52,295 bases of DNA from Actinobacteria bacterium BACL4 MAG-120820-bin23 (lineage in GTDB: Bacteria; Actinomycetota; Actinomycetes; Nanopelagicales; Nanopelagicaceae), in assembly GCA_001437855.1 (NCBI GenBank), contig LIBD01000001.1:1-52295 (forward strand), given 5' to 3'. Shown here piece by piece: positions 28,248 to 38,187 of the stretch. The stretch's first letter is position 1. Each line of letters opens with the position of its first letter. The position numbers and the translations under genes were made by a program. The notes below the pieces were generated by a model that was not told the origin of the DNA, ran no database searches, and saw only the letters and a list, made by a program, of their open reading frames with translations.

Positions 28248-28971
28248 GTTATTTATAAATATTGTATTTGATGGCAATTTACTTATAGCAATGGCTGTTG
28301 CGATTTTGGCTGGTCTAGTCTCTTTCTTTTCTCCTTGCGTAATTCCTTTAGTACCCGGGTATCTTTCATATGCCACCGGCATGACAGAGGTGAAAAGCAG
28401 AGGTCGAGTATTACTAGGCTCAGTACTTTTTGTAGCAGGGTTTACAGTTCTTTTTATTTCTTATGGATTATTTTTTGGCCAACTTGGCTCCTATATAATT
28501 GAAAATACTAGATTCTTATCGATAATTCTAGGATTTTTAACTATATGCCTGGGAGTGATTTTCTTATTCAGTGAAAAGTTTTATAGGAGTTACAAGCCAA
28601 ACATTAAGACTAAAACAGGACTTTTGTTTGCCCCCTTTATTGGCTTTGCTTTTGGAATTGGTTGGACTCCTTGTATTGGGCCAACTTTAGCGGCTGTGCA
28701 AGTTTTAGCTTTTGAGAGTGCAACAGCACAACGAGGTGCAATACTTTCAGCGGCCTACTGCTTGGGATTAGGTTCACCTTTTATATTAATGGGACTTTTT
28801 TTAGATAAAGCTGAGCCATTCAGAAAATTTATGGCACGCAAAGGTCATATTGTTACCAAAGTAGGTGGTGGTCTACTAATTTTGATAGGCGTTTTACAAG
28901 TAAGTAATCTTTGGGATCAGTTAATGAATCTACTTAGAGATGTAATTTCAGGCTTTATTCCGGTTATTTAA
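28240..28971 (+). CDS. ccdA: Cytochrome c biogenesis protein CcdA
   Basis: AGLVSFFSPCVIPLVPGY and GWTPCIGPTL motifs. Multi-TM. Confidence 0.95.
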   Translation: MRELFINIVFDGNLLIAMAVAILAGLVSFFSPCVIPLVPGYLSYATGMTEVKSRGRVLLGSVLFVAGFTVLFISYGLFFGQLGSYIIENTRFLSIILGFLTICLGVIFLFSEKFYRSYKPNIKTKTGLLFAPFIGFAFGIGWTPCIGPTLAAVQVLAFESATAQRGAILSAAYCLGLGSPFILMGLFLDKAEPFRKFMARKGHIVTKVGGGLLILIGVLQVSNLWDQLMNLLRDVISGFIPVI

Positions 28972-30419
28972 TGACTACCTTACTAGATAGCCGGTCCTTT
29001 TTAAGATGGTGTTGGCGTCAATTAACAAGCATGCGCACTGCCTTAATTTTATTACTCCTACTTGGTATAGCTGCAATACCTGGTTCACTATTTCCACAAC
29101 GAACGCAAAATCCACTACAAGTAAAGCAGTACTTCATTGATAACCCATCACTGGCACCCTGGTTGGATCGCTTTAGTTTTTTTGAAGTTTATAGCTCACC
29201 ATGGTTTAGTGCCGTGTATCTTCTTTTATTTATTTCACTTATTGGCTGCGTTTTACCTCGAAGTATTGAGCATGCAAAAGCAATTGGTGCAAAGCCACCA
29301 TTAACTCCAAAATATTTAGATCGATTAGATCATTTCACTGAAATAAAAAAAATTGACTTAGATCTTGCCGAAAAGTATTTAAAACGCAAAGGATTCAGAA
29401 TTAGGCGCGAAACAAACTCAATTTCTGCAGAAAAAGGCTATGCCCGCGAGAGTGGAAATTTACTATTTCATTTATCTTTAGTTTTAGTACTTATTGGGGT
29501 GGGTATTGGTTCACTTCTTGGAAGCCGAGGAGATGCAATATTAAATGTTGGGGACAGGTTTATTAATACTCCGACCTCCTACGACATATTAGGTTTTGGT
29601 AAATTTCAGGCTGAAGACTCATTATCTCCTTTTTCAATTACCGTTAAGGATTTTCAGGCACAATACGACTCTGTTACAAACGCTCCAATTGATTACACAT
29701 TAACTGTTTCGACTGCTAATCCCGTTGGCTCGGCTGAAAATATAAAAATTATTAAAGTAAATAAACCACTTGCATATGGCAATACTAAGATTTATTTACA
29801 GGCAACCGGGTACTCGCCTATAGTTATTATTAAAGATAAACAAGGCAAAGTAGTTTTTGAAGGTCCAACACCATTTTTACCGCAGGACAGTAATCTTTCT
29901 TCAATTGGAGCAATAAAAGTTCCGGATATGGATCCGCAAATTGGTTTTGTTGGATCATTCCTGCCAACTGCTGATAGAGATCCGGTTCGAGGTGGATTTT
30001 CTTCTTACCCTGAAGTTTTGGACCCAAGATTGCTATTTTCAATCTGGAAGGGTGATCTTGGATTAGATTCAGGGGTTCCTCAGTCTGTTTACCGAATTGA
30101 TACTTCAAAGTTAGAGCGAATTGGGCTGAAGGCACTGGTATTAAACGAAAGTTTTGATTTTGGTGAGGGGAGCATCACATTTACAGGATGGAATTCTTGG
30201 GTTAATTTACAAATAGTAAGTGATCCAGGAAAGATCTATGCATTAGTTGGTGCAATACTTGCCATCTCAGGATTACTGATTTCATTATTTACAAGACAGC
30301 GAAGAATTTGGGTAAAACAAGGAAGAAAAACTGAAATAGCTGGACTTTCAAAAAATGAGATTCCTGGGCTAGATGAAGAAATTAGAGACTTAGTTAAGGA
30401 GCTAACTGGTGAGCGATAG
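28971..30419 (+). CDS. resB: Cytochrome c biogenesis protein ResB/Ccs1
   Basis: LTSMRTALILL, PGSLFPQ, YSSPWF, IGCVLPR, GNLLFH, VNKPL motifs. Confidence 0.93.
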   Translation: MTTLLDSRSFLRWCWRQLTSMRTALILLLLLGIAAIPGSLFPQRTQNPLQVKQYFIDNPSLAPWLDRFSFFEVYSSPWFSAVYLLLFISLIGCVLPRSIEHAKAIGAKPPLTPKYLDRLDHFTEIKKIDLDLAEKYLKRKGFRIRRETNSISAEKGYARESGNLLFHLSLVLVLIGVGIGSLLGSRGDAILNVGDRFINTPTSYDILGFGKFQAEDSLSPFSITVKDFQAQYDSVTNAPIDYTLTVSTANPVGSAENIKIIKVNKPLAYGNTKIYLQATGYSPIVIIKDKQGKVVFEGPTPFLPQDSNLSSIGAIKVPDMDPQIGFVGSFLPTADRDPVRGGFSSYPEVLDPRLLFSIWKGDLGLDSGVPQSVYRIDTSKLERIGLKALVLNESFDFGEGSITFTGWNSWVNLQIVSDPGKIYALVGAILAISGLLISLFTRQRRIWVKQGRKTEIAGLSKNEIPGLDEEIRDLVKELTGER

Positions 30420-31308
30420 GTCTGCCGCACTTCTTTCCAATAACTTTATTTATGCTGCAATAGTTATTTATGCATTGGCTTTTCTTGCCCATGCGGTTGA
30501 AGTTGCCTGGTCAGTCAAAACTCCAGCGGTACTAGTTAAAAAAACTAAGTTAGATTTTTCTAAAACTGAACGGCTTGGTCGTTTGGGATCTGCCTTTATG
30601 GTTATTGGCACATTACTTTTATTGGCTGGAGTTATTTTTAGAGGCATATCTGCCGATCGTGTGCCCTGGGGCAACATGTATGAATTTTCAATAACTGGCG
30701 CATTAGTTTTTTCAATAGCTTATCTATATGCACTTAAAAAATATCAAATGCGTTGGTTGGGATTACCTGCTGCTATTGCAATTTTGTTGACACTTGGCAC
30801 TGCAGTGACATTGCTATATCGGCCCAGTGCACCTTTAGTTCCAGCCCTGAAGTCACCATGGTTAGTAATCCATGTATCTGCAGCAATCATTTCTGGTGGA
30901 GTATTTTTATTAGCTAATTTTATCGCCGCAACTTATTTAATTTTAGATCGGTATGAACAAAAAGGTGCTCGTCCAATTTGGATGCAGAAATTTCCAACAC
31001 TTGAAAGTTTGGACAACTTTTCTTATAGATTGATTGCATTAGTGTTTCCACTCTGGACTTTTTCGGTTATTGCAGGAGCAATTTGGGCAGAAGCGGCCTG
31101 GGGCAGGTACTGGGGTTGGGATCCAAAAGAAACATGGGCATTTATTACTTGGGTAGCTTATGCTGCATATTTGCACGCCAGAGTCACAATTGGTTGGCGT
31201 GGAAGAAAAGCAGCCTGGCTTTGTCTATTAGCAGGATCAACCTTTTTATTTAATTATGTTTATATAAATGTTTGGGGAACTGGTAAACACACCTACTCTG
31301 GCTTATAA
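30409..31308 (+). CDS. ccsA: Cytochrome c biogenesis protein CcsA/ResC (system II)
   Basis: RVPWGNMYE, WLVIHV, WWD domain WAEAAWGRYWGWDPKETW, YLH, GKHTY. Confidence 0.95.
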   Translation: MSDRSAALLSNNFIYAAIVIYALAFLAHAVEVAWSVKTPAVLVKKTKLDFSKTERLGRLGSAFMVIGTLLLLAGVIFRGISADRVPWGNMYEFSITGALVFSIAYLYALKKYQMRWLGLPAAIAILLTLGTAVTLLYRPSAPLVPALKSPWLVIHVSAAIISGGVFLLANFIAATYLILDRYEQKGARPIWMQKFPTLESLDNFSYRLIALVFPLWTFSVIAGAIWAEAAWGRYWGWDPKETWAFITWVAYAAYLHARVTIGWRGRKAAWLCLLAGSTFLFNYVYINVWGTGKHTYSGL

Positions 31309-31554
31309 CTTTCTTAAAAAATCAGGGTTGTCATCAGGGGGAATTATTCTTCCCTTTCCACCTCTATTTTGACCTGGCTTTCTAGGTCTTCCAGCTATAA
31401 ACCAAGCTATGTCACCAAAAATACCAGTGAAAACAATAATTAATAGCCAAGCCCACTTAGGAAATCTTCTAACTTTTTCTTGTGGGGTAATGGCACAATC
31501 AACAAGTGTATAAATATCAATTATTATAATTAATACAATTAGATATTTCAGCAT
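31303..31554 (-). CDS. PLDc N-terminal domain membrane protein
   Basis: IYTLVDC...PKWAW...GDIAWFIAGR, C-terminal PDDNPDFLRKL. TAAAAT-N6-ATG upstream (31561-66). Confidence 0.85.
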   Translation of the reverse strand: MLKYLIVLIIIIDIYTLVDCAITPQEKVRRFPKWAWLLIIVFTGIFGDIAWFIAGRPRKPGQNRGGKGRIIPPDDNPDFLRKL

Positions 31555-31579
31555 GGTTATATTTTATACCAATTTTCAA

Positions 31580-32428
31580 TTAAATAAATAGGGCGCCAGC
31601 CGTAATGGTGGATAAAAGCAGTTGTAAACTTGCCGTACGGGCTAAAACGGATACAAGTTCAACACCAATTACTTCAGAAAGTATCCTTTTAGATAGATTA
31701 AAAGTAATAGGAATACAAACTAATGTAGCTAATAATTTGATATCGATTATTGAAGAGACTACTAAAAGAACCTGAGAAATTGCCAATAATATGACATAAA
31801 ACATACGTGTATTTTTATCACCCAAAAAGACTGCTAGGGTGTTTTTATTAACCATTTTATCCTTTGGTAGATCCCTTAGGTTGTTTAAGACTAATATTGA
31901 ACAAGACAAACAGCCAACAGGAATAGATAGTAAGAATATTTGCCAATTAATTGTTGCACTTTGAACAAAGTAACTACCAATAGTTGCGACTAATCCAAAA
32001 AAAACAAAAACCGCTAACTCTCCAAAACCCAAATAACCATAGGGTTTTTTACCGCCCGTGTATCCCCAGGCTGCTAAAATCGAAATCGCACCAATAACAA
32101 TTAACCACCTATTACTTAACATTGACAAGATTGATCCAGCAATTGCAGCTATAACAAAAGAGATAATTGCAGCATTTTTAACAGCACTAGCAGCTGCCAA
32201 TCCAGATGCAACTAATCTTGTTGGACCTATTCTGTTTGAATCAGTTCCTCTGATCCCATCAGAGTAATCATTGGCATAATTAACTCCAACTTGTAAAGCG
32301 CAAGAGACGATTAAGGCTAACAAGGCTTTAAACCAATCAATATCATTAGCAAAGCTAGTGCCAATTATTACTGGCGAAACTGCAGCTGGCAGAGTCTTTA
32401 CTCTTGCTCCCACAATCCACTTATTCAA
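31580..32428 (-). CDS. menA: 1,4-dihydroxy-2-naphthoate polyprenyltransferase
   Basis: GARVKTLPA, NYANDYSDG..GTD, NNLRD..D..KNTLAV. TTG 32428 is preceded by GGAG (the ORF track starts at 32446). Confidence 0.95.
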   Translation of the reverse strand: MNKWIVGARVKTLPAAVSPVIIGTSFANDIDWFKALLALIVSCALQVGVNYANDYSDGIRGTDSNRIGPTRLVASGLAAASAVKNAAIISFVIAAIAGSILSMLSNRWLIVIGAISILAAWGYTGGKKPYGYLGFGELAVFVFFGLVATIGSYFVQSATINWQIFLLSIPVGCLSCSILVLNNLRDLPKDKMVNKNTLAVFLGDKNTRMFYVILLAISQVLLVVSSIIDIKLLATLVCIPITFNLSKRILSEVIGVELVSVLARTASLQLLLSTITAGALFI

Positions 32429-33503
32429 TTTTTTCTCCAAGCTCAAGTGCTAGTTTTGAAGCCGCAATTCTATCTGGTTTACCAATTGCTGTTGTTGGTA
32501 TAAAACTAAATGCAAATATTTGTTTAGGCGTTAATAAAGATCCTAATTTGCTCTTTATTAACTCGAGCGAAATATTATCGCTGCTTCCTAAACATAGTTT
32601 TTCACCCCATTTATCATCAGGTAATGAAAAAACAATAATCTCACTATCAGGGTAGATTTTTTTAATCTCTGATTCAACAAATACTAGTGAGATATTTTCA
32701 CCCCCTGAGATGATAATTTCATCTGTTCTACCAATTACCTTTAGTAGCCCATTATTTATCTCACCAATATCTGAAGAGGTAAACCAATCATTATCTGTAA
32801 ATGGATTTATTTTGCCCTGATTATCTATATAACCGGTTGCCATCATTGGTCCAGTTAATTGAATTAAACCTTCACTAGATAATTTAAATTCAACACCTTC
32901 CAGGGGTTTTTGAGAATAAACACAGCCACCAGACATTTCAGTCATGCCATAAGTTGTAACTATTTTTACATGTTTAGTTTCGGCTTCTTTTTTAAGCTTA
33001 AGGTCTAAGTGGCTGCCACCTACCAGCACCGACTCTGCGGCATTTAAATGCTCCAGTAATTTTGGGTCTTTGTTAACCGCTTTATAGAGTTGTGTCGGAA
33101 CTATTGATACAAAATCAGCATCTTGATATGAAGTTGTATTCCTATTATCAATAACGCGAGTTCCAAGAACGGTTGCTCGAATAATTACATTAAGCCCAGC
33201 AATATGAGTAGTTGGTAGAAGCAGTGACCAGGTATCTCCAATTCCAACACCCAGGAATTTATTACTTGCATTTGCCGATGAAATTAATGCAGATTTTGAA
33301 ATTGCCACCAGCTTTGTCGATCCAGTAGACCCTGATGTATTTACAACCAAAGCAATATCTTGATCAATTTTGTCTATTGAAATTTCAGATGTAGATAAGG
33401 CTGGGCCCGTACCGTCGAGTGCTGATGCTAAGTTCTCTTGAAGTTGTGGGGTTGACCACTCAGCCTGAATAGGGATTAGTGAGCGCAGTTTTTTTTCCTC
33501 CAT
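32421..33503 (-). CDS. menE: O-succinylbenzoate--CoA ligase (short form)
   Basis: AMP-binding TSGSTGSTK, TYGMTE, SDIG, GRTDEIIISGGEN, GKPDR. Located in the men cluster. Confidence 0.88.
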   Translation of the reverse strand: MEEKKLRSLIPIQAEWSTPQLQENLASALDGTGPALSTSEISIDKIDQDIALVVNTSGSTGSTKLVAISKSALISSANASNKFLGVGIGDTWSLLLPTTHIAGLNVIIRATVLGTRVIDNRNTTSYQDADFVSIVPTQLYKAVNKDPKLLEHLNAAESVLVGGSHLDLKLKKEAETKHVKIVTTYGMTEMSGGCVYSQKPLEGVEFKLSSEGLIQLTGPMMATGYIDNQGKINPFTDNDWFTSSDIGEINNGLLKVIGRTDEIIISGGENISLVFVESEIKKIYPDSEIIVFSLPDDKWGEKLCLGSSDNISLELIKSKLGSLLTPKQIFAFSFIPTTAIGKPDRIAASKLALELGEKIE

Positions 33504-33544
33504 AATCACCGTAGGCTATCTCTATATAAATCCTATTTGAACCT

Positions 33545-34435
33545 TTGGAGAGTATCTTGAGTAAGCCAATAAAAAGACAGCCTGGGGAGCGTTCTATACC
33601 AAACTGGCAACTTGGAGTTGGTGGTGAGAAATTCACCGACATTAGATATCAAACCGCTGAGGGTATGGCAAAAATAACTATCAATCGCCCAGAGGTTAGA
33701 AATGCATTTAGACCACAAACTCTTTTTGAATTATCAGAAGCTTTTAATTTAGCACGTGATAATGACCAAGTAGGAGTAATCATTTTTACTGGCGAAGGTA
33801 GTGAAGCATTTTGTTCAGGTGGTGATATTAATGTTCGTGGTGATGATGGTTACCTTGGGGATGATGAATTAAGCAAAAAAGGAATTGGAAGATTAAATGT
33901 TTTAGATTTACAAGTTCAAATTCGCCGCACTCCTAAGCCTGTAATCGCAATGGTGGCTGGCTGGGCTATCGGTGGTGGTCATGTTCTTCATGTTGTCTGT
34001 GATTTAACAATTGCAGCAGATAATGCAAAGTTTGGGCAAACAGGACCGATGGTTGGTTCATTTGATGGCGGGTATGGCGCAGGATTATTGGCTGCACATG
34101 TTGGCCAAAAGAAGGCTAGAGAGATTTGGTTTCTATGTCGGCAATACGATGCAAAAGAAGCTCTTGAAATGGGATTAGTTAATACCGTCGTTCCTATAGC
34201 TGAGTTAGAAGCAGAGACTGTTTCTTGGGCAAGAGAGATGCTTCGCCACTCACCAATGGCACTTAGATTGCTAAAGGCAAGCCTTAATGCAGCCGATGAT
34301 GGTTTAGCAGGTGTTCAGCAATTAGCCGGCGATGCCACACTGCTTTTTTATCTAACACAGGAAGGTCAAGAAGGACGTAACGCTTATCAAGAAAAACGTG
34401 AGCCAAACTTTAATAAATTTCCTAAACGACCTTAA
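33545..34435 (+). CDS. menB: 1,4-dihydroxy-2-naphthoyl-CoA synthase
   Basis: [43 protein letters not shown] motifs. Confidence 0.97.
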   Translation: MESILSKPIKRQPGERSIPNWQLGVGGEKFTDIRYQTAEGMAKITINRPEVRNAFRPQTLFELSEAFNLARDNDQVGVIIFTGEGSEAFCSGGDINVRGDDGYLGDDELSKKGIGRLNVLDLQVQIRRTPKPVIAMVAGWAIGGGHVLHVVCDLTIAADNAKFGQTGPMVGSFDGGYGAGLLAAHVGQKKAREIWFLCRQYDAKEALEMGLVNTVVPIAELEAETVSWAREMLRHSPMALRLLKASLNAADDGLAGVQQLAGDATLLFYLTQEGQEGRNAYQEKREPNFNKFPKRP

Positions 34436-34437
34436 TT

Positions 34438-35379
34438 ATGTTTCCGTATGCAATACACGTTGTTGGCTTACCTTTAAATGTAATTTTTCGTGAGGTTAAA
34501 ACTCGAGAGATCGCTATATTTGAAGGGCCTAAGGGCTGGAGTGAGTTCTCTCCATTTCTTGAATATGGGGTTGAAGAATCTTCAATTTGGCTAAAAGCAG
34601 CGTTAGAGGGTGCTTGTGATGAAGCTCCCAAAAAAATTCGTGAAGATATTGAGATTAATGCAACAATTCCCCACACATCTATCAGTGAAGTTAAAAACAT
34701 ATTAGATAAATTTCCTGGTTGTAAAACAGTAAAAATTAAAATAGATAACTTTAGGCAAGACCAAGATTTATTGTTAGAGGTTTTAAGTATTGTTCCAGAA
34801 GCAAAAATTAGACTAGATATAAATGGTAAATGGGGTTTAACGGAAGCAATAAGTAATTTACTTGATTATGAAAAAGACTTTGGCGCAAATATTGACTATA
34901 TAGAGCAACCTTGTAGTGATATTGATGATCTATATGAACTTCGCAAGAAAATTAATCTAAAAATTGCCGTTGATGAGTCAATTAGGAAGCATATAAATAA
35001 TGATTTTTCTAAGCTTAAAGAGATTGCCGATGTAGCTGTAATAAAGTGGGCGCCAACAGGAGGAATCAAATCTGCTCTAGAAATTATCGAGAAGATAAAT
35101 TTACCAGTGGTGGTTTCAAGTGCCTTAGACAGCAGCATAGGAATATCACATGGTCTAGCTTTAGCTCAATCAGTTCCTAATTTATATGGGCCATGCGGGT
35201 TGGGAACCGCTTCATTTTTTAAGTCAGATATAACTACAAATCCATTTGTAGTATTTGAGGGTAAATTAAAAAATAGAAAAATTGAGCCAGACCTATTGGA
35301 CCAGTTCAAACCAAAACCAGAGCGCCAACTTTGGTGGCAGAATAGAATTGAGCAAATTTATCGAGAGGGCTTAATTTGA
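34438..35379 (+). CDS. menC: o-succinylbenzoate synthase
   Basis: GWSEFSPF, INAT, KIK, RLDING, YIEQP, AVDESIR, VVSSALD, GLGT (actinobacterial MenC). Confidence 0.93.
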   Translation: MFPYAIHVVGLPLNVIFREVKTREIAIFEGPKGWSEFSPFLEYGVEESSIWLKAALEGACDEAPKKIREDIEINATIPHTSISEVKNILDKFPGCKTVKIKIDNFRQDQDLLLEVLSIVPEAKIRLDINGKWGLTEAISNLLDYEKDFGANIDYIEQPCSDIDDLYELRKKINLKIAVDESIRKHINNDFSKLKEIADVAVIKWAPTGGIKSALEIIEKINLPVVVSSALDSSIGISHGLALAQSVPNLYGPCGLGTASFFKSDITTNPFVVFEGKLKNRKIEPDLLDQFKPKPERQLWWQNRIEQIYREGLI

Positions 35380-36938
35380 TTAATTCAACCAAACTGGCTC
35401 GCTCATTAGTCAGGCAATTAATAGAATTGGGCGTAAGTGATTTTGTTGTTTCTCCTGGTTCTCGAAATGCACCATTATTAATCGCTCTCGGTGAAGCTGC
35501 TGATAAAAAACTAATTGATTTGCATGTAAAAATCGATGAACGAGGAGCTGCTTTCTTTGCTCTTGGTATCTCGAAAGCAAGTAATAATTATGTCGCTGTG
35601 ATTTGTACAAGTGGAACAGCAGCAGCTAACTTCCTACCAGCAGCACTTGAATCAGTGCATGGCGGAAATCATTTACTAATTATCACCGCTGATAGACCAG
35701 AACGGCTAAGAAAAACGGGGGCAAATCAAACTACTAATCAAGTGGATTTATTTCAATTTATAAAAACACACGACATATCTAGTGATATCGAGATAAGAAA
35801 TGTATTAATTGGCGGTCCTGTTCATCTAAATATCCAATTTGATGAACCACTTTTACCAGAAGGAACTGTTGATTGGTTAGCAGGATTAAAAATTAATCAA
35901 TTAAAGATAAATAATAAAGTAGATAAAAAACTAGAAGTATCAACCGGCATTCTAGTAATTGGGCATGATCGTGGTGGATATTCAAAGCAGGAGATCAACA
36001 CATTTATTTTAAAATTAAAATGGCCAGTAATAAGTGAAGACCCATTAACTTTTGAAAATTCAATTCCATTTGCCGCACTTTATCTATCAGATCCAAAAAT
36101 TTCTGAGTATCTAAAGCCTGATACGGTAATTTCAATTGGCAGGACCACTTTATCTCGGAGTATTAATACATTTATAAATTCTATAAATTATAAAATAGTC
36201 ATTGACCCAAGAGTAAAAGGCTTAGACTCAAACCGAAGCGCCGATCTAGTTTTAAGTGAATTGCCAAATGAGGTAGTAAGCCAAGATTGTAGTGAGGTTA
36301 AGTGGAAATCAATTTCTGCAATTACTGGTAACGAAGTTGAGAAAATAGATTGGTCTGAACAACAGGCCGTTACAACTATTTGTAATCAAATACCAGATGA
36401 ATCTGCACTTTTTATTGGATCTTCTAGACCTATTCGAGATATTGAATCTTTCGCAAAGCCTAGAAGCGGAATCGAAGTCTTTGCTAATCGTGGGCTAGCT
36501 GGAATCGATGGAAATATCTCAACTATTTTTGGAATTTCAGAAAAGTTTAATAAAACTTTTGCAATTTTGGGGGACCTTTCACTACTTCATGATATTTCTG
36601 CACTTACCAATACACCTAAGTCAAATTTAAGAATTTTCGTGATAGATAATAATGGCGGAGGGATTTTTTCAACTCTTCCACAATCTAATGTAAATAACTT
36701 CGAAAAGTTGTTTGGTACACCACACAATTTAGATTTAAGTTCAGTAATAAGTGGGTTTGGAGTATCAGTATCGAAGGTTACAAATCTTTCAGAGTTAGAG
36801 AGTACATTTTCTAGAGAAGTAAAAGGCCTAGATGTAGTTGTAATTACTGTGCCAAGTAGGGAAGAAAATGCTAAAAAATTAAAAGAAATTACTCAGAGAG
36901 TTTCTAGTGCTGTTCGCATAGGCATTAATTTAGCCTGA
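35376..36938 (+). CDS. menD: SEPHCHC synthase
   Basis: SPGSRNAPL, DERGAAFFALG, CTSGTA, TADRP, GANQT, NRGLAGIDG, GDLS..HD, NNGGGIF motifs. Confidence 0.96.
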   Translation: MINSTKLARSLVRQLIELGVSDFVVSPGSRNAPLLIALGEAADKKLIDLHVKIDERGAAFFALGISKASNNYVAVICTSGTAAANFLPAALESVHGGNHLLIITADRPERLRKTGANQTTNQVDLFQFIKTHDISSDIEIRNVLIGGPVHLNIQFDEPLLPEGTVDWLAGLKINQLKINNKVDKKLEVSTGILVIGHDRGGYSKQEINTFILKLKWPVISEDPLTFENSIPFAALYLSDPKISEYLKPDTVISIGRTTLSRSINTFINSINYKIVIDPRVKGLDSNRSADLVLSELPNEVVSQDCSEVKWKSISAITGNEVEKIDWSEQQAVTTICNQIPDESALFIGSSRPIRDIESFAKPRSGIEVFANRGLAGIDGNISTIFGISEKFNKTFAILGDLSLLHDISALTNTPKSNLRIFVIDNNGGGIFSTLPQSNVNNFEKLFGTPHNLDLSSVISGFGVSVSKVTNLSELESTFSREVKGLDVVVITVPSREENAKKLKEITQRVSSAVRIGINLA

Positions 36939-38122
36939 CTTTCTGCGTACTCTGTTATCGGATCAGAACCGGCAACAATTCCACACCCTGCAAATATTCT
37001 TATTGACTTGTCACCATCAGATAATTCGCCACACCTTAAGGCAATCCCAATCTCACCATCGCCTTGAGCATCAATCCAACCAACAGGACCGGCGTATCTT
37101 GACCTATTCATAGTTTCTAATTGAGAAATAAGTTTTTTGGCTACATTAGTTGGAGTGCCACAAACTGCAGCTGTGGGATGCAAGTTTTCAATAAGCGTAA
37201 AAATATCTGCCTGTTTTGCACTGTCATTTAATACCCCAGTTACATCTGTAGCTAGATGCATAACATTTGAAAGGTGTAAAACAAATGGAGACTCAGGTAC
37301 ATTTGTTGAAGAGCAAAAAGGTGCAAGCGAGTCTGCAACTGACTTAACTGCATACTCGTGCTCTTCAAGATCCTTCGAAGATTTTGCAAGGGAGGCGGCC
37401 AAAGCTAAGTCACGATCTTCATTTCCAGTTTTTTGAATTGTTCCAGCTAAAACTCTTGAAGTAATTAGTGACTTGTTTAATCGAACAAGTAGCTCAGGAG
37501 TTGCTCCAACTAATCCATCAACAAGGAATACCCATGTAGATGGGTATTCAATTTCTAATTTTTGTAATAAGTTATTTATATTAATCTTAGTTGTTGAGTT
37601 TGCCTTTAAATCTCTAGCAAGTACAACCTTTTCAAGCCGTCCATTTTTAATTGCGTCTATCGCCCTAGAAACTTGACTTCGCCATTTTTCTTCTTCAACT
37701 GTGCCATTTGCCCAAGTGATTTCACCACTTTGAGAAGAAATATCAATTTTATTGATATCTGGTTGCTTTTGATCCCCAATCCAAGTAATCCAACTTTTAC
37801 CATTTCTCTTACCAATTATTACCTTAGGAATAATTAACTCAGACGCATCTTTTGGATCAAAAGCAAATGATGTAAAAAGTATTGGGCCAGTACCAATTCC
37901 ATGAACATTATTTTGAATTGTAAATTCAGCCAATCTTTGTTGCCACCATTTATATGCTTCTTTAAATCGATCATCACCACTAACTTCGTACTTTTTATAA
38001 ACTCCAAAACCAACCAAACCTTCACCACCACGAATCCACGTTGTTGAAACATCAAACTCTGTCGCGATAGAGGTAAGCAATGGATGCTCACCTAATATCT
38101 CAGTAGTTATTAAAGCCGACAT
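36893..38122 (-). CDS. menF: Isochorismate synthase
   Basis: KVVLAR, GATPELL, LAGT, KDLEEH, HLAT, LHPTAAVCG, RYAGPVG, ALRC, AGCGIV motifs. Confidence 0.93.
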   Translation of the reverse strand: MSALITTEILGEHPLLTSIATEFDVSTTWIRGGEGLVGFGVYKKYEVSGDDRFKEAYKWWQQRLAEFTIQNNVHGIGTGPILFTSFAFDPKDASELIIPKVIIGKRNGKSWITWIGDQKQPDINKIDISSQSGEITWANGTVEEEKWRSQVSRAIDAIKNGRLEKVVLARDLKANSTTKININNLLQKLEIEYPSTWVFLVDGLVGATPELLVRLNKSLITSRVLAGTIQKTGNEDRDLALAASLAKSSKDLEEHEYAVKSVADSLAPFCSSTNVPESPFVLHLSNVMHLATDVTGVLNDSAKQADIFTLIENLHPTAAVCGTPTNVAKKLISQLETMNRSRYAGPVGWIDAQGDGEIGIALRCGELSDGDKSIRIFAGCGIVAGSDPITEYAESQAKLMPMRTALETL

Positions 38123-38187
38123 GAATTAGTTACGCCTACCTATAAGTTGGATTTGTGCCTTAAGCCTACTCCTAAGAGAATAGGGGT

